DNA from: Planctomycetota bacterium
Lineage (GTDB): Bacteria; Planctomycetota; Planctomycetia; Pirellulales; Lacipirellulaceae
Direction of reading: 5' to 3'
Length of the DNA stretch: 43,246 nucleotides
Assembly: GCA_039190745.1 (NCBI GenBank)
Contig: JBCCXZ010000030.1
Coordinates: forward strand, 1 to 43,246
Shown: positions 36,956 to 43,246 of the stretch, in pieces
How the letters are laid out: the number at the start of each line of letters is the position of its first letter
Numbering within the stretch: the stretch's first letter is position 1
The notes under the pieces: generated by a model
Seen by the model: the letters and a program-made list of their open reading frames with translations, nothing else
Databases searched by the model: none
Told to the model about the DNA's origin: nothing
Translations under genes and position numbers: made by a program

Positions 36956-37976
36956 TCGAGAGGTCGTTCTCTAGGGTCGGCGTGGTCTGGATGAGCTGGT
37001 CGATGATGTGGTCGGAGGTGACGCCGTCGCTCTCGGCGGCGAAGTTCACCACGATGCGGTGGCGTAGCACCGGTTTGGCGAGCGCCTTGACGTCGTCGAC
37101 CGACGCGTGGGGCCGGCAGTGGACCAGCGCGCGGGCCTTGGCGCCGACGAGCAGGAACTGCACCGCGCGGGGCCCGGCGCCCCAGGCGAGCTGGTCGCTA
37201 ACGAAGTCGGGCGCGCCCGGCTCGCCGACGCGGGTTTGCCGGACGAGCGAGAGGGCGTAGCGGATGACGTGGTCGCTGGTGGGCACCTCACGCACGAACC
37301 GCTGCAGGGCGACGATCTCTTCCGGCGAGACCACCGCCGAAGCGCTGCCGGAGGCCGTGCCCGTGGTGCGGCGGGCGACCTCGAACTCCTCGTCGAAGCT
37401 CGGGTAGCGGACCAACACCTTGAACATGAAGCGGTCTTGCTGCGCCTCGGGCAGCGGGTAGGTGCCCTCCTGCTCGATGGGGTTCTGCGTGGCGAGCACG
37501 AAGAACGGGTCGGAGAGCGGGTGCTGCACGCGGCCGACCGTTACCTGCCGCTCTTGCATCGCTTCGAGCAACGCGGCCTGCGTCTTGGGCGGCGTGCGGT
37601 TGATTTCGTCGGCGAGGATGACGTTCGAGAAGAGCGGCCCCTCGATGAACCGCACCTCGCGCTGGCCGGTGCTGCGGTTTTCCTCGATGACGTCGGTGCC
37701 GGTGATGTCGGCGGGCATCAGGTCGGGCGTGAACTGGATGCGGCTGAACGAGAGGCTCATCGTGCGGGCGAGCGTGCTGATGAGCAGCGTCTTGGCCAGG
37801 CCGGGGACGCCTTCGAGCATGCAGTGGCCGCGGCTGAGGAGGCTGATCAAGAGCAACTCGATGGCCGTGTCCTGACCGACGATGACCGAACCGAGTTGGC
37901 GTTTGATGCGTTCGCACGCGGCGGCGACGTCGCCGAGGTTTTGTGCGGGCGGGGCGGGCTTGTTCTCTGGCGCCAT
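36921..37976 (-). CDS. moxR: MoxR-family AAA+ ATPase
   Basis: [84 protein letters not shown]. Confidence 0.96.
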   Translation of the reverse strand: MAPENKPAPPAQNLGDVAAACERIKRQLGSVIVGQDTAIELLLISLLSRGHCMLEGVPGLAKTLLISTLARTMSLSFSRIQFTPDLMPADITGTDVIEENRSTGQREVRFIEGPLFSNVILADEINRTPPKTQAALLEAMQERQVTVGRVQHPLSDPFFVLATQNPIEQEGTYPLPEAQQDRFMFKVLVRYPSFDEEFEVARRTTGTASGSASAVVSPEEIVALQRFVREVPTSDHVIRYALSLVRQTRVGEPGAPDFVSDQLAWGAGPRAVQFLLVGAKARALVHCRPHASVDDVKALAKPVLRHRIVVNFAAESDGVTSDHIIDQLIQTTPTLENDLSNDPRFKAILAS

Positions 37977-38030
37977 GGAACCTTGGAGTTTGAGCGTGGG
38001 TAGGGCGAGAGGAGGATGGGGGTTTGCGGT

Positions 38031-39095
38031 CTACCGCTGAAAAATCGGCAGTGCTGCCCGATCTAACTGGAGTATGACGAGGTTGAGCGCCGTGGTGTAG
38101 ACCGGGCCAATGTAGCCCTGCTGCCAGACGGAGACCGATCCGCCACCCGTGGAGACGCTGGTGGCCTCGCCGAGCAGCCTTTTCTGCATCTGGGCGAGGT
38201 AGGTCTTCCAGATTTCGCCCCCTTCGCGGTACTGCACCTGAGAGTAGTAGAAGTGGGCGTAGTGCCAGTGGCCGAAGCTGTCGCGGCTATTGGGTTTGAG
38301 GTGCTGCGAGCAGTATTTGAGCATCTTGGGTACGTAGCGGTCGTCGTACTCTCCCGCGTTGAACAGGCACGCGATGGCCGCGGCGGTGATGGCGGGCCGG
38401 CCGCCGCCGCCTTTGGAGCTGTACTGGACGGCCCCGTCGGGCAGCGTGCAGCGGCGGATGTACTCCACCGCTTTGTCGATGATTTCTTTCGGGACCGGGA
38501 TGCCCGCGTTGCGGCAGCCGCGGAGGCCCTGCACCTGGGTGATGGTGGTGGAGCCCTCGTCGAACCCGTTGCCGTCGCGGGCGCTGACGTAGCCCCAACC
38601 GCCTGCTTTGGTCTGGGCCTTCCCCGTGAACTCGACCGCCTTGGTGAGCACCTCGATGAGCTGCACCCGCCGCTGGAGGTCTTCCTCTTCGCCGAGCACC
38701 TGCGAGAGGAACAGCATCGCGAAGCCGTGCCCGTAGGTGTAGCGGTCGTCGTCCTGGTCTCCGATGAGGCCGTTCTGCCGGCTGCGTCGGACGAGGAAAT
38801 CGACCGCTCGGCGGAGGTTCTCGGAGTACTTGCCCTGGGTGGTGGTGGAGCCTTCACAGAGGAACGCGAGTCCGGCGAGCGAGGTCATCGCCGTGGGGTA
38901 GCGCCCCTGGGCTTTCCAGTGCCCGAGCCGGTGCTGCTGCAGGGCGAGCCAGTCGAGCCCCTCGGAGACAACGCGGTCGACTTCGGGGGTATCGGAGGAG
39001 GCTTGGCTCGTCTGCTGCGTGAGAGCAACGGCCGCGGCTAGCGTGAGCCAAGCGGTAAGCTTTGCGAGCTTGGGCGAGCGGGTGTTTGCGTTCAT
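38031..39095 (-). CDS. Secreted prenyltransferase/squalene-oxidase-repeat (alpha/alpha toroid) protein
   Basis: Start MNANTRSPK (39095) with signal peptide; QW-like repeats GLDWLALQQHRLGHW, AVEFTGKAQTKAGGWGY and AVEYIRRCTLPDGAVQY; HWHYAHFYYSQ. Confidence 0.85.
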   Translation of the reverse strand: MNANTRSPKLAKLTAWLTLAAAVALTQQTSQASSDTPEVDRVVSEGLDWLALQQHRLGHWKAQGRYPTAMTSLAGLAFLCEGSTTTQGKYSENLRRAVDFLVRRSRQNGLIGDQDDDRYTYGHGFAMLFLSQVLGEEEDLQRRVQLIEVLTKAVEFTGKAQTKAGGWGYVSARDGNGFDEGSTTITQVQGLRGCRNAGIPVPKEIIDKAVEYIRRCTLPDGAVQYSSKGGGGRPAITAAAIACLFNAGEYDDRYVPKMLKYCSQHLKPNSRDSFGHWHYAHFYYSQVQYREGGEIWKTYLAQMQKRLLGEATSVSTGGGSVSVWQQGYIGPVYTTALNLVILQLDRAALPIFQR

Positions 39096-39136
39096 GGCGT
39101 CGGCCGTGGGGAGCGTGGTTGGTCTGCAGGGGCCGA

Positions 39137-42100
39137 CTACTGGGCGGAAGAGTTGATGGCGTTCTGGAACACCCGGAAGAGCCCTCCGCTGGCGGGGCCG
39201 CGAAAGCCGTCGTCCATGTAGGGCGGCTCGGGGGGCCTCCGGCCTTCGGCGAAACGTAGCTGCATACTCTTCTTGGTCATGTCGATCGAGATCTCCCGTT
39301 GCTCTGCGTTGGAGATCGAGACCTCGACGATGTGCGAATTCTCGAGCTGCTGCTCGTGCGCGATCAGGCGGCCCGTGGCCCGTTCGAGGATCAAGAGGTT
39401 GATGCTGGAGCGGTTCTTTGTGGTTGGCGTGCCTGGCGAGGAACCAACTAAGACAATAATCGGCAATTCCTGTGGCTGGGCAAGCATCAATCGCTGCTCG
39501 TAGACCTGGGCCGCGTGCTGCCACCGCATCGAGCCGTCGTTCCGGTCGAACAGGAAGACCTTGCCGCTGAGGTTCGGGAAGTCGTTTCGGTCGAGGACGG
39601 TCCGACGCGGCACGGGCTTCTTGTTCGGGGTATCTTGATGTGTCGCAAGGAGGAAGCTGTTCGGGGAGGCGACCAAGTGGACCGCAACCAGTTTTGTGTC
39701 GAAGCGGTCCTGCCGTTCGACGACGCGGGCCCCGTTTTCGGCGTCGATGACGAAGACGCCCCCGCTGGGCTCTGCGACCGCGACGTAACGGTTCTCGGCG
39801 ATGTCGACGACGGAGTTGCTGTCGAACTCTTGCCGCCACTTTGCCGCCCCGGTAACGGCGTCTACCGAGGCCAGCACTCTCCGCTTGTTTGATAGTTTCC
39901 AGGTGACGAGGGCGCGGCCTCGGGTGGCGAGTTGGTTTTTGTGGTTTGGCGTCGTGCACCGGCCGAGGGCGCGTCCGTCGACCATGCTGTAGACCGTGGC
40001 TTCGTTCTTGCCCCGCGGCGTGCAGACGATCACTTGGTGGTCGCCGATCAGGTCGCAGCCCGCGGGGACGTCGTCGCGAGACCAGAGTTTTTCCCCGGTC
40101 ATTGGGTCGAGGCAGAGCAGGGTGCGGCCGGACTGCAGGACGCAGCCCGCTTCGTTGAGGGGGCCGAGTACGCCGATCCAGGTTCCGCCGTACTCGAGGC
40201 GAGGGGGGCGGGACGAGCCGGGCCGCCGGAGCGAGCTTTCACGCAAGCGGGCGCGGGAGGCGCTCGCCGACCCGAGCGAGCCGCTCAGGCCGGTCCGCCA
40301 GAGGACGGGCGTGCCCTCGGCGAGAGTGTCGAATGCAATGATTTCGGCCCCGACGGAGACGACAAGGAGCCCGCCGTGCGAGCGGCCGTAGATGCGGGGC
40401 GTTTTCACCTGCGACCCGATCAAGGTCGAAAACTGGCGTCGGCCGAGCGAGTCGTAGCCGATGATCTCACTGGTGGCGCGTGAGAAGAGTAACGGGCCTG
40501 AACCCACGACCGGGTCGCTGCTTTCAAGCAGCAGGCGCTGGTACATGCCGGCTTTGACGCGGGCGCGGTCGACCGCGTGGTCTTTGACCGATACTTCTAC
40601 CGAGCCCAAGGGCCAGTCGAGCGATTGGGTGTGCGGCGGGTTCGTGCTGACGGGCGGGTCGTCGGTTTGGTCTAGCCGGCGAGCGAAAGAGTCTGCCGCG
40701 GTAGCGCGGTCGGCGTTCCGGAGCGAGTCGGTCAGCAGGCGGAGCGCGTCGTTTCGTTCATCGCCGTGGGTTGCGGATGCGAGCAGGAACTGGATTCCGC
40801 GCGTTACATCGCCCCGCGCGACGAGCGCTTCGGCGTTCGGGAGCCAGCGGGGCTGCATTAAGGGCAGGTCGCCGAAGGCAGCCAGGGGTCGGGGGACTCC
40901 GGAGACGACTGATGAGTTGCTCTGGTCCGCTTGATCGAGCACCGCGGCGAGCTTCGCTTCGATCTGCTGTCGCTGGTCGGGGCTGGCCTCGTCCCAGATG
41001 GACTTCGACTGGGCCCGTAGCCAGGGTTCGACCCGCACCTGCCGGCGGCCGCGGATATCGAGGTCTGCGCTGTCGAAGCCGTCCGACGTGAATAGCTTCA
41101 AGCAAGCGTCGAACGCCGCGAGCGGGTCGCCTGTCGCCAAGGCCCCTTCGCACTCGATCCGCAACATGGCGAGACGGTCGTCGGTGCGAGTGGCGGCCAG
41201 CCGCCTCAGGATCGGCAGGCGGTCTCGGTGCGCGGCGAAGTCGGAGTCGAGCGCACCGACCAAGCACTCGGCGAGCACCGACTGCACGAGCGCTGAATCG
41301 GGCGAGCGCTCCCAAGCCTCGATCAGGTAGCGGAGGGCTTGCTCGTTGTCGCCGCGGCCGTAAGCGATCTCGCCGAGCACACGCAGCGCGGCTGCGTCGC
41401 CCGGGTCTTGCTGCTGTGCGGCGAGCGCCCGTTGGCGGAGGACTTCGACCTGATCGTACCGTTTCAGACGGACCCCGTCCTGAGACAGGATGGCGCCGTT
41501 GTGGCAGATTAGGTTGCCGATGGGCTGGGAGTCTTGCGTGGGGTTGCTGATCGTCACCGCAGAGGCGCTCGGATCGATCGAAACCACCGCCGCGTTGTTC
41601 TCGCTTGCCGAGTAGACGGGCAGGAAGTACCGCGTGCCGGAGACGAAGCCCGAGCCGGTCGGGACGTAGTCCGACGGGAAGCCGATCGGCCTTGTGCTCA
41701 ACAGGTCGCCCGTGCTGGGGTTGATCAGTTGGACGCCCTTGGACCCGACGAGCACGGCGGAGTCGGCCAGCCCGGCGACCGAGAGGAAGTCTTGGCCCCG
41801 GGGCCGTTTCCAGAGTTGCTTGCCGGTGGTGAGGTCGAGGCAGTGCAGGGTGTTCGAGTCGGGCGGCGTGAGCCAGACGCGGCCATTGGCGATCTGCGTG
41901 CCGTTCTGAGCCCAGGACGGGTTGTCGCCGGCGGCGCGCCTGAGGCGCTGCGCCCGAGCCATGGCGGGGTCGCTGTCGTCGGAGTCGTAGCGGTAGGCCC
42001 AGGCGAGGGTCTGCTTAGCGAGGTCGAAACCGACCACAAAGCCGACGCCTGTGGGGCAGACCAGGAATCCAGAATCGTAGGACGGCGTGGCCCCGACCAT

Positions 42101-43246
42101 GCCCCGACCCGGGTTGAGCTGGACACTGTTCTCGAGGCTGGCGAGGTGCTGGCGCCACAGTTCTTCTCCGCTAGCGGCATCGAACGCTACAAGGTGGAGG
42201 GCTCCGCCGGCGACCTCGGCCATGCAGTAGAGGACGCCCTCGACCGCGAGCGGCGTGCCGAGGAAGAACACCGATTGCTCCTTCTCGTCGTCTCGGAGCG
42301 CCGAGACCGACCAGACGGGGTCGCCTCCGCGATCGATAGAGTAAGCATTGAGCGTGTTCGAAGGGAGCAGCATGACGATCCCACGGCCCATGCGGGGCCT
42401 GGCGTTCCAGGCCTGGTTGGGTTGGGAGCCGTCGGGCGTCAGCGCAAAGACACGCTCGCCATCGCTGCTGAGGGAGCTGTAGAGCTTGTCCAGCCAGACC
42501 CGGCGAGAGAAGGCTTCGACCGTGGGTTGCTCGGGGGGCTTTGAGTGCACGCGGAGCGTCTGCTGCAGCAGGCGTTGCACGATCGGCTCGGGGTAGTCGA
42601 CCTTCCAGAGCCGTTTGCCCGTTTCGAAGTCGACCGCGAGCAGGCCCGTGGCCGTTCGTGAAACGACGTAGCGGCCAGCGGCGATCGGTGAGGCGGCCGG
42701 CACCGCGTAGCGTTTCCGTTCGAGGATTGCTCGGAGCAGAGAGTCGTGGAGCGACTGGAGTGACGGGGACAGCAACTCGACTCCCCAGGCGATCCGCGAG
42801 TGGGGGAGCCCCCCGCGGGTGGTTGATAGTCGTTGAGGCCCTCCGCCCTCGGTGAGCCAGTTCGACGTTTCGGCGACTCGAGCGGACGGGTTTCCGCGGG
42901 TCAGCTGCGGCCGCCAGGCGTCTAGAAGCCCACGGACTGGCGTCGCCTGACCGCCGCTTTCGACGCGGGCAGACGCGACGGCGGCCGGCTGGAGCACACG
43001 TGCGGCTGACGTGTTGTCGCCAGAAGCTGCGAAGCTTGCAGCGGCGAGCACGCTGAACTCGGGTCGGCTGTGCCGCGAGCGAGCGAGTTGCTCGTAGAGC
43101 CGCGCAGCCCTTCCGTGTTCACCCTGGTCGGCGTACTGACGGGCAAGCACAAGAGCACCGTCTCGGCCGGCGTCGGTCTGAGCGAACCGCAGAACGAGGC
43201 TTGCCAGTTCGTCATAATCGGCCGAGTCGATCGCCGCGCGGATAAG
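39137..43246 (-). CDS. Very large PQQ-like (BamB-type) beta-propeller + TPR protein (5' end outside the window)
   Basis: Frame open to the window edge (LIRAAIDSADYDELASLVLRFAQTDAGRDGALVLAR...); repeats LLAVDFETGKRLW, LVAFDAASGEELW, LHCLDLTTGKQLW, LLCLDPMTGEKLW; TPR-like ALRVLGEIAYGRGDNEQALRYL. Confidence 0.88.
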   Translation of the reverse strand, partial: LIRAAIDSADYDELASLVLRFAQTDAGRDGALVLARQYADQGEHGRAARLYEQLARSRHSRPEFSVLAAASFAASGDNTSAARVLQPAAVASARVESGGQATPVRGLLDAWRPQLTRGNPSARVAETSNWLTEGGGPQRLSTTRGGLPHSRIAWGVELLSPSLQSLHDSLLRAILERKRYAVPAASPIAAGRYVVSRTATGLLAVDFETGKRLWKVDYPEPIVQRLLQQTLRVHSKPPEQPTVEAFSRRVWLDKLYSSLSSDGERVFALTPDGSQPNQAWNARPRMGRGIVMLLPSNTLNAYSIDRGGDPVWSVSALRDDEKEQSVFFLGTPLAVEGVLYCMAEVAGGALHLVAFDAASGEELWRQHLASLENSVQLNPGRGMVGATPSYDSGFLVCPTGVGFVVGFDLAKQTLAWAYRYDSDDSDPAMARAQRLRRAAGDNPSWAQNGTQIANGRVWLTPPDSNTLHCLDLTTGKQLWKRPRGQDFLSVAGLADSAVLVGSKGVQLINPSTGDLLSTRPIGFPSDYVPTGSGFVSGTRYFLPVYSASENNAAVVSIDPSASAVTISNPTQDSQPIGNLICHNGAILSQDGVRLKRYDQVEVLRQRALAAQQQDPGDAAALRVLGEIAYGRGDNEQALRYLIEAWERSPDSALVQSVLAECLVGALDSDFAAHRDRLPILRRLAATRTDDRLAMLRIECEGALATGDPLAAFDACLKLFTSDGFDSADLDIRGRRQVRVEPWLRAQSKSIWDEASPDQRQQIEAKLAAVLDQADQSNSSVVSGVPRPLAAFGDLPLMQPRWLPNAEALVARGDVTRGIQFLLASATHGDERNDALRLLTDSLRNADRATAADSFARRLDQTDDPPVSTNPPHTQSLDWPLGSVEVSVKDHAVDRARVKAGMYQRLLLESSDPVVGSGPLLFSRATSEIIGYDSLGRRQFSTLIGSQVKTPRIYGRSHGGLLVVSVGAEIIAFDTLAEGTPVLWRTGLSGSLGSASASRARLRESSLRRPGSSRPPRLEYGGTWIGVLGPLNEAGCVLQSGRTLLCLDPMTGEKLWSRDDVPAGCDLIGDHQVIVCTPRGKNEATVYSMVDGRALGRCTTPNHKNQLATRGRALVTWKLSNKRRVLASVDAVTGAAKWRQEFDSNSVVDIAENRYVAVAEPSGGVFVIDAENGARVVERQDRFDTKLVAVHLVASPNSFLLATHQDTPNKKPVPRRTVLDRNDFPNLSGKVFLFDRNDGSMRWQHAAQVYEQRLMLAQPQELPIIVLVGSSPGTPTTKNRSSINLLILERATGRLIAHEQQLENSHIVEVSISNAEQREISIDMTKKSMQLRFAEGRRPPEPPYMDDGFRGPASGGLFRVFQNAINSSAQ

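Noticed and set aside
38031..39095. Squalene-hopene cyclase call, prompted by DQDDD
   Set aside because: Single domain, signal peptide, and the position after GGWGY equivalent to DxDDTA reads DEGSTT; no hopanoid genes nearby.
39096..39959. N-terminal 288-aa extension of the 642-aa ORF 38031..39959
   Set aside because: Arg/Pro-rich off-frame read-through overlapping the propeller gene; the real protein starts at MNANTR (39095) with a signal peptide.

Overview
High-GC bacterial chromosomal window. Gene content (secreted HtrA/PDZ, PQQ-propeller, prenyltransferase-repeat, NPCBM and Hint-domain proteins) suggests a planctomycete; this is inference, not a database result. Left part (1-18150): a Suf Fe-S assembly operon (SufR-like regulator, a lone nuoB, sufC, partial sufB), an NSS-family Na+ symporter with a small unannotated partner ORF, malic enzyme, a Dus tRNA dihydrouridine synthase, a Ser/Thr kinase, a D-2-hydroxyacid dehydrogenase, a DoxX + Tat-exported Gfo/Idh/MocA pair and a desaturase + MBL-hydrolase pair. 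Right part (20251 to the edge): a tightly packed 13-gene, >23 kb minus-strand cluster of envelope proteins. In order it encodes a giant beta-propeller/TPR protein, a prenyltransferase-repeat protein, MoxR, DUF58, BatA/VWA, VWA/GATase-like, three helical hypotheticals, NPCBM, and three tandem HtrA-PDZ paralogues of which only one keeps the catalytic triad. A secreted HEAT-repeat protein with a degenerate Hint domain follows. This cluster is the best candidate for an undescribed system. No rRNA, tRNA, CRISPR array or transposase was seen; two REP/MITE-like palindromes are present, one inserted in frame in a protease gene.
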